Shown: in pieces, positions 47,432 through 55,365 of the stretch
Numbering within the stretch: the first letter of the stretch is position 1
Layout of the letters: every line of letters begins with the position of its first letter
DNA from: an uncultured Candidatus Bathyarchaeia archaeon
GTDB lineage: Archaea > Thermoproteota > Bathyarchaeia > 40CM-2-53-6
Length of the DNA stretch: 64,000 nucleotides
Direction: 5' to 3'
Assembly (NCBI GenBank): GCA_964533505.1
Contig: CAZHKA010000042.1
Location: 26,656-90,655, forward strand
Translations under genes and position numbers: made by a program
The notes under the pieces: model-generated
The model's database searches: none
What the model saw: only the letters and a program-made list of their open reading frames with translations
Told to the model about the DNA's origin: nothing

Positions 47432-48183
47432 CTACCTCGGGTAAATACCTCCGTCGAGAGATACGACTTGGTTGGTGAGGTAGGGGTTGCTCAGAATGGC
47501 GACAGCGAGATCGGCGACCTCTTGTGGTCGGCCCAGCCTTCCTACGGGCACATGTTCACGAAGTCCCTCCGGATCACCTGGCAGCATGCCGGTCTCAACG
47601 ATCAACGCTGGCGCGAGCACGTTGATTGTGACTCCGAAACGGGCTGCTCGCTGTGCGAGGAAATGAGCGAGTCCATGCAGGCCGGCCTTCGACGCTGCGT
47701 AATGCGGACCGACGATTCCACCAGTGAACGCGGCCACTGAAGAGATAAAAAGGATCCTGCCGAAGCGGCGCTGCATCATGCCGGGCAAGGTGCGTTGCGC
47801 CAACAGAAACGGGGCGCGCAGGTTTACCGCAATCGTTTGGTCGAAGTCGTCGACTGTTACCTGCTCGAACGATTTGGTCGTGCCCAGACCAGCATTGCTG
47901 ACAAGAACATCCAACGGTCCGAAGGCTGTTTCCACCGCATCGATCAGTTCAGTGGCCGCGTCCGGAGCCGTAAGTCAGCGCCAATCGCGACAGCCCGGCC
48001 GCCCCTAGCCCGGACCTTTTCGATGAGTGCTTGGGCTTCCACGGCGTTCTTGCCGTAACCAATCGCAACGACTGCGCCGGTTTCTGCCAGCCGAGTGACA
48101 ATCGATGATCCGATGCCACCGCTACCTCCCGTCACCAGCGCGACTCGGCCCCGAAGACTGTCCGACAACGAGATGGAAGACAT
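47432..48183 (-). pseudogene. SDR (FabG-like 3-oxoacyl reductase), one frameshift
   Basis: N-terminal ORF 48183->47944 (VALVTGGSGGIGSSI...AIGADL) and C-terminal ORF 47935->47432 (LDVLVSNAG...YAASKAG...). The alternate frame reads TAPDAATELIDAVETAFGPLD across the junction at about 47969-47978. Confidence 0.7.
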
Positions 48184-48225
48184 GAGTAGAACTCCCTACT
48201 CTCCCAGAGAGCTCCACCCTATAAA

Positions 48226-48720
48226 TTGAATAACGGACTTGATCTTGACGTTGTCAATCCGGTGAGTATGATCGTGGCTGTTGATCTGTCACAGATCTCT
48301 ATCCTGCTAGGTACGATCAGTTCGGTCGCGGTCGTCGCTGGTACAATTTTCGTCATTTTTCAGTTACGTCAGAACGCAAGACTGATCGAGGTCAGCGCTA
48401 GGGATTCGAGAATGAATATGTCTTTTGCTCTTCTCGAGAAGCTCACGGACGAGTCCTTTGCTCGAAGGCGCAAGAGGATGCATGATACGATACTAAACTA
48501 CCGGAAGAAGAATTGGGCCGGTTTCGACCACAGCCTTGATGACTTTGAAGCTCGAGACTTCGCATATATCTATGAGCTTCTGGGCCAGCTAACCCGGAAT
48601 GGAACTTTAGACATTGACACCGTCACGAACTCCGTGGAGTATCTGGTGGTCTTCGACTGGGAGATGTTTTCCCCTCTGGCTGAGCATTTCCGGAGAAAGT
48701 GGAAAAAATCGGTCTCATAG
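48226..48720 (+). CDS. hypothetical membrane-anchored protein
   Basis: 164 aa with one N-terminal TM (ILLGTISSVAVVAGTIFVIF), then a soluble helical domain. Confidence 0.4.
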   Translation: MNNGLDLDVVNPVSMIVAVDLSQISILLGTISSVAVVAGTIFVIFQLRQNARLIEVSARDSRMNMSFALLEKLTDESFARRRKRMHDTILNYRKKNWAGFDHSLDDFEARDFAYIYELLGQLTRNGTLDIDTVTNSVEYLVVFDWEMFSPLAEHFRRKWKKSVS

Positions 48721-48868
48721 AGAAACTTTGAGTGGTTAGCCCACGAGACTAAGAAGGTCATGGATGAAAGAGAACACGCAGTTTCGCGGTCGTTCCGCAC
48801 CACCAAAGAAGAGAGGCCCAGAGAAACAGCTGACAACTAAGAGGGCCTTAGCGAAGTTTTGGGCCGTC

Positions 48869-48890
48869 GACGGAATTAGACGGAATTAGA
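48869..48890. repeat. tandem direct repeat (GACGGAATTA x2 + GA)
   Basis: Read directly: tcGACGGAATTAGACGGAATTAGAac. Confidence 0.9.
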
Positions 48891-49236
48891 ACAGAAATAT
48901 AGCTCCGATAAGTTAGACAGGAAACGTAGGATTTGAATGGCCGCGATACTATCAAGACAATGTATCGAGTCGGCATTCCACCCATAGAATGGTGGGCAAG
49001 GTCTTGGAGTTCGTCGACCTTCGTGTGGCACCATTATCCGTAATTTTTGATGATCCGTGGATCGGGGGGTTGCGTGCGCTACAGGGTGTGACACGTATCG
49101 TGTGAATGTGTATCCCGGTCAACACACATAGGAACCCGTACAGGTACAGGTAGCGGTTGGCCCCTTGGCCTTATGGCGTTCAGTCCTCATGCGGTGTGAC
49201 GTTGTGCAACCTCATGTCTGAATGTGTGTTGAATGC

Positions 49237-49278
49237 TGGATACGAACCCACCAATATCGTGGGTACAATCCATCTCCT
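49237..49278. repeat. copy 1 of ~42-bp dispersed repeat
   Basis: TGGATACGAACCCACCAATATCGTGGGTACAATCC. Shares an identical 17-mer CCACCAATATCGTGGGT (49248-49264) and flanking similarity with 50349-50392. Confidence 0.8.
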
Positions 49279-49657
49279 AGCGCGAACAGTGCCGCTCAAA
49301 GTCGAACAAACGACGGTTCAATTTTGGTAGTCCGCACCCACTATACCACACACACAACTATGACTATCGGTGAATGCGTCTTGGTAGTCTTGGTACAGTG
49401 ATCCCCCCACCGACCACTCATGAGTCAAGCGCAGCGAGATTTAGTCGAAGTAATGGGCAATGTGTCTAGAAAGATTCACGATCGTATCGCGCTGAGCCGG
49501 GACCCAACCTACCAGCGGTTCTCACAATATCCAGACGCCCGCACCACGTCTACTTGAAATTCGTGGTTGGGCCGGTGGGGCTTAATTGGAAATCTCGGTG
49601 GGGCTATCTCTATGACGGTTCAGTTTGAGTCGTTTTTCCTTCCCGAAGGCGATTCAT

Positions 49658-50038
49658 TCACTTAGTCTGTTTCTCTTGGCTCAGGACACTAGATTGTTTG
49701 TTGTCGAAGGTGGCCAATTCTATTCTCAATTGCAAGGCGAGTGCGACAAAGATGGAGTCGTAGATTGGCAATCTGTGTTTGAGCGACAGCGCGTAGGTTT
49801 CATTGAGAAGCTTCCTGTCGGGTCTGACGAGTTGGACACGCTCATTAGATACCAAATCCAATAGAAGTTCAATGCGTTGTTGTGAGTCTCTAAGATCCCC
49901 GATCAGAGTCTCATGTTTCCAAAGCGTGTTGGCAACTTCGTACAGAACGAGATCCGGTGACACTAAAGTCTCGTTTTCCAGCAGGGTGGCGTCTCTCAGG
50001 ATTCCCTCAATGAGGTAGCTACTGTCAGCTATCTTCAA
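49658..50038 (-). CDS. vapC: PIN-domain toxin VapC
   Basis: Acidic PIN residues in IADSSYL, LYEVAN, IYDSIF and TFD. 4-nt overlap with the upstream RHH gene. TTG start. Confidence 0.75.
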   Translation of the reverse strand: MKIADSSYLIEGILRDATLLENETLVSPDLVLYEVANTLWKHETLIGDLRDSQQRIELLLDLVSNERVQLVRPDRKLLNETYALSLKHRLPIYDSIFVALALQLRIELATFDNKQSSVLSQEKQTK

Positions 50039-50253
50039 CGATCGCGATCAGCTCTTATCAACCGCAGGTCTTCCTGGATTGTGCTCCGAACCGGGGTTTT
50101 CTGTAATTCCCTCAGCCGACTAATAATCCGCCTCGAATTCTTCTCTCGAAGGTAGAGACTGAGCGCATCCCTCACTACGTCAGATATCTTTCCATGCCTA
50201 GCGAGTTCTTTTCTCTCTTTGTCCGAAAGTCTTACTGTGATCGTGCTTGTCAT
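50035..50253 (-). CDS. vapB: RHH (CopG-like) antitoxin VapB
   Basis: 72 aa, ITVRLSDKERKELARHGKISDVVRDALSLYL ribbon-helix-helix pattern. Confidence 0.7.
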   Translation of the reverse strand: MTSTITVRLSDKERKELARHGKISDVVRDALSLYLREKNSRRIISRLRELQKTPVRSTIQEDLRLIRADRDR

Positions 50254-50348
50254 ACGACACGTCCTACAGTCCGTAGTATTTAAGGGATAAAGTCAGATAA
50301 GTCCAAACCGGTTCAAGGTTCTTCTGAACCGAAAAACGGTGGGGCCGG

Positions 50349-50392
50349 TGGGATATGAATCCACCAATATCGTGGGTTCCATCAGGGCTCCA
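50349..50392. repeat. copy 2 of ~42-bp dispersed repeat
   Basis: TGGGATATGAATCCACCAATATCGTGGGTTCCATCAGGG, with the 17-mer at 50361-50377. It is preceded by GGGGCCGGTGGG (50341-50352), whose 11-mer GGGCCGGTGGG also occurs at 49569-49579. Confidence 0.8.
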
Positions 50393-50585
50393 ATTTACGA
50401 TTAACCAAAAGTTCAACGAGCGAAGCTTTGGCAACCCCCGCATACTTAGGGTGGTTCCTCCGCCACCCTTCTTCGTTGCGTACCGCGTCGTACCGCGATG
50501 CGTGAGTAGTAGTTGGTGCAGGCTTGTCACGATGTGAAGCGCTGCTATTAGCGCAAAGGAGCTGGTCCCGTTTCCTTGAATGTCA

Positions 50586-50804
50586 TCAGCAACATCCGCA
50601 GTTACATTCCACCCATACCATCTGGACTAGGCGGTTCCAATTGAATTTGTACGATATTTTCAGTTTCTTGGCAGCTACGCATATTGAGCCGTACTCCTCC
50701 ACGGCCTCCAGGATCTCAGCCTCGTCTTCACCAAAGACTCTTCGCCCATTGGCGTTGAGGTAAAGCCCGAAAGCATATTCGAGTCTCCTCTTTCTGACGC
50801 TCAA
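50586..50804 (-). CDS. ModE-like N-terminal HTH protein, probably truncated
   Basis: ILEAVEEYGSICVAAKKLKISYKFNWNRLVQM resembles the ModE/molybdate-regulator HTH (GS.s.AAk.lg.SY..aW). It ends abnormally in VWVECNCGCC**. Last gene of the Mo/W transporter operon. Confidence 0.45.
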   Translation of the reverse strand: MSVRKRRLEYAFGLYLNANGRRVFGEDEAEILEAVEEYGSICVAAKKLKISYKFNWNRLVQMVWVECNCGCC

Positions 50805-50869
50805 CAGTCTCTCTCGGTTTGTTCGGAAACCTCTCCAAAGTTATCGGACAAGAAAGACCTTCTCGGTTC

Positions 50870-51475
50870 CTAGAATAGCCTAGTTGATTTGCCTGACTCT
50901 AATCGGTAATGATGGTCTGATTGTGCTGAGTCTTCAGGGTATTGCGTCGTGAAGATTACATCAATTTTTGCTTTCGCAGCCAAATTCCTGAAGGCATCAA
51001 CGAAGTCTCTATGATTATCGATATTTGAGAGCGCCTCATCAACTAGAATTAATTCTGGTTTCGAGATGAGTGATGTGGCCAAAGCTACTCTTTCTCTCAT
51101 GCCCAGACTTAGTTTCCTTACTTTCCCGTCAAAGCTTATCCCAAGGCTTGTTTTGACTTCCGTTATGTAACCATGTTCCACGTTGAGCCCTTTTCTCTTA
51201 GCACCCCAGACCAGGTGCCGGTCAACGTCAAGATGTGGGATGCATGAGTCCGGCGTGATGATGGACACTTGCCTCTGCTCGATCGGTAGGTTCGTGATGC
51301 TCTTAGAGTTGAGCGTGACGTGGCCCTCGTCGAGAGTTAGTATTCCACCGATCAGGTTGAGAAGGGTGGTTTTTCCGGAACCGTTCTTGCCTGTGAGGCA
51401 GATGAAGTGCTCATCGGAGACGTTTGCGTCGAGAGAGAAGTTTCCGAGTTTCTTCTTCACTTCTGCCTCGATCAT
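50870..51475 (-). CDS. ABC transporter ATP-binding protein (molybdate/tungstate type, no TOBE domain)
   Basis: Walker A GKNGSGKTT, degenerate signature LSLGMRERV, Walker B LILVDEA. 201 aa. Confidence 0.8.
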   Translation of the reverse strand: MIEAEVKKKLGNFSLDANVSDEHFICLTGKNGSGKTTLLNLIGGILTLDEGHVTLNSKSITNLPIEQRQVSIITPDSCIPHLDVDRHLVWGAKRKGLNVEHGYITEVKTSLGISFDGKVRKLSLGMRERVALATSLISKPELILVDEALSNIDNHRDFVDAFRNLAAKAKIDVIFTTQYPEDSAQSDHHYRLESGKSTRLF

Positions 51476-51515
51476 CGATCGTTCGCCTTCTATTCATGTT
51501 TTCTGATTGGTTGGG

Positions 51516-52277
51516 TCAGCGTTTCACAAGCCTGAGGAGGATCATCATTGCAATTGATACCAGGATCATCACTGCTGAGGCTGTCACTGCCGGCCCTAAG
51601 CCGTAGTAGGTGTAGTATTGAAAGATAAGGACGGGTGCGGGATTAACGCCATAGAAAGGTTGCTGTAAAACATAATACGCGACTATTGCGATTGAACCGA
51701 ACTCACTCATGGCCCTACTCATCGAGATCAGGGACGCGCTGAGTATTCCTCTTCCAGAGTTAGGCAAAACAACCGAAACGAATGTTCGGAATTTTGACGC
51801 CCCCAACCCAAATGCGTAGTTTTCATAGGCCATATTCATAGATTGGAAGAATGGCTGCATAGATTTGATGTAAATCGGGGCTGAAACTATTGTGAGCGCG
51901 GTGATGAGACCGAGAAATGTATTGAAAAAGTTGATTCCGATGGAGAGAAGAAACCTGCCGAAAGGCGTTAGAGGGCTTACGATGACTAAGATTGCAATAC
52001 CAATTATTGGGTGTGGGATTGAAGCGGGTATGTCGGATAACGTTTCTCCGAAGCTGTTTTTGTTTCTGGCGAAATAGTACGCTAGGGGAGTGAAGAGTGC
52101 AACTGAGAGGGTTGCGGCAATTGCGGAGGATATGAGTGTTAGTTCTATGGCTCTGAACACTTCGTAGCCGTACCCTAGCGGGTCTCTGAGAGGGCCGAAG
52201 CCCTCGTAGAGGAGCAAGATTACGGGAATTACGAGTAGGGCTAGTGACAGAAATGAGATTAGTTTGAGCCAATTCAA
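51516..52277 (-). CDS. ABC transporter permease (ModB/WtpB-like)
   Basis: 253 aa, 6 TM, with an EAA-type loop SRAMSEFGSIAIVAY. Confidence 0.75.
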   Translation of the reverse strand: MNWLKLISFLSLALLVIPVILLLYEGFGPLRDPLGYGYEVFRAIELTLISSAIAATLSVALFTPLAYYFARNKNSFGETLSDIPASIPHPIIGIAILVIVSPLTPFGRFLLSIGINFFNTFLGLITALTIVSAPIYIKSMQPFFQSMNMAYENYAFGLGASKFRTFVSVVLPNSGRGILSASLISMSRAMSEFGSIAIVAYYVLQQPFYGVNPAPVLIFQYYTYYGLGPAVTASAVMILVSIAMMILLRLVKR

Positions 52278-52295
52278 GTCTGTCAGATGGATCCG

Positions 52296-53406
52296 CTATC
52301 CTGAATTGGGCCCGCTGGGTTGAAGATATCCCTGCGGGACAAGTTGTTGAAGCGGCTGTGGAACAGTGGTATCGTTGTACAGCCTTGCCGGCGTTATCGG
52401 AATTAGCCCGTATGAGGGTAATAGGGTTGGCGCGTTCTTTACTACGAAGACGACAAACTGTAAGGAATCAGTTGTATCTGTGCTGTCGACGGGGACGGTA
52501 ATCCAGAGGGTGATTACTTCGCCTGTCTCTACTCCGGTAGCTATCATGTATGAGAACTGAGAGTAGAACGAGGAATATTTGGGGTCGCCGAGGTTCACTT
52601 GGCCGGGTAGTTGTAGGTAGTTGAGTTTATGTGCGATTGCGGCGGATTTGTAGATCCAGAGGAACTGAATCTGCCCGGTCTCTAACGGGGCTATGAGGTC
52701 GGCAGCGCTTGCAGCTGTCACATTTCCGTTATTTGAGATCAATCTGTTTTCAAAGAAGCTGGAGTTGTTGGCGTAAGCTTGTCCAGCAGCTTCTAACACG
52801 ATCCACCCCGTGTAACCGGAGGGATCTGCGTTCGGGTTCCCAGTTCCAACTTTATCTGAACCCGAAGTAATCATAGAGAAGAAGTTGTCCCAGGCTTGCG
52901 TTGTGTTTGAGGCAGCGGCGGAATTGTATGCGGCGACCGTCGCATTTGCCGCAGGGTTTTGAAGGGTCACATTTGAGTATGCGAGAGTCATTTGATCGGC
53001 CGCGAATGCGATGGCCCACCCTGCAGATTCGTTTCCTAGGTGTGAGGCGGTTACTGCATCATGGGAGACTGATATGAACACGCTGACGGGATTACCTTCC
53101 GATATTTCTCGTGCAAGCAGTAGTGACCCTCCCGACTTCGGTGGAGCCATCATGATTCCAGTACTACTGGTAAAGAACCGTAGATTCAATGACGTAAGAA
53201 TCTGCGGAGTAGAGGATTAGCGGCGAGGAGGGGGCGGTTGTTGAAGACATCTCGGTCGAAGGGACAATGGTTGATGACATCGAGCTGGGGCTGGTGGAGC
53301 TAGTTGAGTAGTAGTAATATGCGGCTCCGCCGGCACCAATTACGATTAGGATGATTACAACTGCAGCGACTAAACGTAAATTCTTCTTACTTGTTGGTGC
53401 TGACAC
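52296..53406 (-). pseudogene. molybdate/tungstate-binding protein (WtpA/ModA-like), one frameshift
   Basis: ORF 53406->53164 encodes a TM anchor, a Ser/Thr linker and PLILYSADSYVIESTVL. ORF 53189->52296 continues FTSSTGI..PKSGGSLLLAREISEGNP.SVFISVSHD...GWAIAFAADQMTLAYSN (WtpA-like). The junction is at the A3 run at 53172-53174. Confidence 0.65.
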
Positions 53407-53552
53407 TTGTCCAGCCTTCTATCGGTGATTCGCCTAGACTGCCTGCCTGGACCTATAAGTCTTGGTAAGCATCTGCGCTTACATTCAGCAGCACGGAAGC
53501 ACAATCGATATGAATCGGCAACCATAACAATAATGCGCATAGGGCAAGGCAG

Positions 53553-53972
53553 TTGACAAGACTAAGGCCCCCCAGTACGACATTAACCCAGAGGCAGTGG
53601 CGCGTCGTGAGGCTTCGTTCGACGGGGCTGACTCAGGCTCAGGTGGCGAAAAAGCTTCGGACAACACGTGAAAATGTGACTATACTTGAGCGTAGGGCAA
53701 ATGAGAACCTCAAGGCAGCCAAGGCAACGATAGCTGCTATGGAGGGATTATCGGGTTCGAGAGAACTCGTTATTCCGAGCGGTGTAAGCGTCTTTGAAGC
53801 CGCGTCAATGATCTTACGTAGAGCTGACGTGCTTCGAACCAAGGTGAAAATGAACGCCGACGCAATTCTCGCCACACTACGGGCTAGACATAAGGGAAGA
53901 ATTCGAGGGCATCACCTTATCGTAGCAATCAGAGTCAAGATTGAACCCGACGGCTCGCTCAAATTGAAATGA
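53553..53972 (+). CDS. tfx: Tfx-family DNA-binding protein
   Basis: LTQRQWRVVRLRSTGLTQAQVAKKLRTTRENVTILERRANENLKAAKATI (LuxR-like HTH) plus a Tfx-type C-terminal domain. 139 aa, TTG start, divergent from the wtp-like operon. Confidence 0.7.
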   Translation: MTRLRPPSTTLTQRQWRVVRLRSTGLTQAQVAKKLRTTRENVTILERRANENLKAAKATIAAMEGLSGSRELVIPSGVSVFEAASMILRRADVLRTKVKMNADAILATLRARHKGRIRGHHLIVAIRVKIEPDGSLKLK

Positions 53973-54099
53973 GCTTATGGTACCGTGTGGTACCAGCATA
54001 CCCACACACAAATTACTACGAACTACGACGGTTTAAATTACCATCGAGCGGCTCCATAAGAAAGGGCCAGGGAAAGATGATTAAACATGAAAGTACGGT

Positions 54100-54326
54100 C
54101 TAGTCCACGCCCAAAATGACGTTTGATGCTTTGATTATCGCGTAGACGTCTTTTTCATTATGCTCAGATTCTCGACTGAAGTCTTAGTGATGACTGAGGT
54201 TATTTCGAATCCACCTGGCAGTTGCACTACGACCTCGGAGTTGACGGCGCCCTGTTTGACGCTCTTGACCTTACCCTTCAGAACGTTCCGTGCACCTAGT
54301 TTCACACACTCACCTCCATCAAACAT
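54100..54326 (-). pseudogene. Mop/TOBE (molbindin) domain protein, one frameshift
   Basis: KLGARNVLKGKVKSVKQGAVNSEVVVQLPGGFEITSVITKTSVENLSI..., then a premature stop. With one more base in the T5 run at 54151-54155 the frame continues MKKDVYAIIKASNVILGVD*, the expected Mop C-terminus. Confidence 0.65.
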
Positions 54327-54369
54327 GGTGATACAATGTATGTTCGCAACAAGCGTCTGGCATTATGGA

Positions 54370-54495
54370 TTAGCCTTTTAACCGTATACAAGTCGGACAA
54401 CAGACAATTTGTTTTGACGGATCGAAGCGAAACCGTCCGCCTGACGGCCCAGACCCCAGCACAATCACGTCATACTCTTGCAGAGACACACAGAT
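54370..54495 (-). pseudogene. N-terminal fragment of an FAD/NAD(P)-binding oxidoreductase
   Basis: The minus strand reads QEYDVIVLGSGPSG (GxGxxG dinucleotide-binding start), then degenerates and stops within about 25 codons. Confidence 0.35.
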
Positions 54496-54756
54496 CCCGA
54501 TAACTACCCTAGAACATGTCATTAAGACTACTTGTGAATGAACAAGTGCAACTCCGTAGTATGCCTCGACAAAACAGACCCCCACCATCGCTACACACGC
54601 ATGGATTAACAGAAGATCGGAATTTGAACACGCAAATCATGGAACTAATGAGTCTTTCAAGTGAGGAAGAGGATAGCGGGTCGGAGAGTGGCGCCGCAAT
54701 CCTTTTTTCGTTATTGAATACGCCTTGGACAGGCGGGTTTGGCGGTTATTCTTCGC

Positions 54757-54975
54757 CTACCATGTCTCGACGGCTAAACAGGGAATCTTCTGGAAATGTC
54801 CCAAGTCACGAGTGAGCATCGTTTGGCCATAAGCAAGAGCGATGGCTCCAATCATGAGGTCAAAATCCCCGATCAGTGTGCCCTTAGATTCTAACTCGCG
54901 CCTTACTCTACCAAATCTTTCGCATGCTTGAGTTGAGAATTCAAGCAACTCCATACGTGACGCAAATTCATTCAC
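54757..54975 (-). pseudogene. C-terminal fragment of a PIN-domain (VapC-like) toxin
   Basis: EFSTQACERFGRVRRELESKGTLIGDFDLMIGAIALAYGQTMLTRDLGHFQKIPCLAVETW matches the C-terminal half of VapC. No intact N-terminal half exists in any single frame upstream. Confidence 0.5.
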
Positions 54976-55365
54976 CCTCTTGATTTCAATATCTCTACCT
55001 ATCGACTCGGCTTGGTTTCCTGTTCATGCAGGCCGCGGCCAAAGATGGTTTTCGACTGGTGGGCTTCACTAGGATCCTTGTGAAGCTTGGTTGACGGCTA
55101 ACGTACTCTGCCTAGGTAAAGCATCATAAGGCCAAGCGGCGAAATGTCGAAATGTTTGGACATACCCTTGCGCCCGCGCGAGGCCTTACGTAGGGCATCA
55201 GGTTTTCCACGGGTAACTTCGGATTCACCTTCGAAAAAGTTATGACTGTGCACTCATTTTCTAGGCGAAGATGTGTTGCTACTGGACTCTCCGCGCGAGA
55301 AGCCCAGAGACAACTCAAATAACTGGATGAGACAGATTCGCGTAGTGTAAAGAGCTCCGCTCGTT

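Noticed and set aside
48869-48890. Tandem repeat that might seed a CRISPR or minisatellite.
   Set aside because: It has only two 10-bp units and no spacer-repeat periodicity anywhere in the window. No cas genes are present.
48876-49094. 72-aa minus-strand ORF in the ORF-poor region.
   Set aside because: It is Pro/Arg/His-rich with no motif and lies in a repeat-rich stretch. Treated as non-coding.
50336-50445. Possible minus-strand tRNA gene. It has a T-arm-like GGUGGAUUCAUAUCCCACC, an acceptor-like CGGCCCC-A-CC, a U5 tail, and an upstream GCGGGGGUUGCC resembling a class II tRNA 5' end.
   Set aside because: The T-loop has U where A58 is near-universal, and the pair next to the loop is A-C. 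No D-arm with GG and no anticodon loop with U33 could be folded. The 5' and 3' acceptor halves match only with two G-U pairs and leave implausible spacing. At best it is a tRNA-derived remnant.
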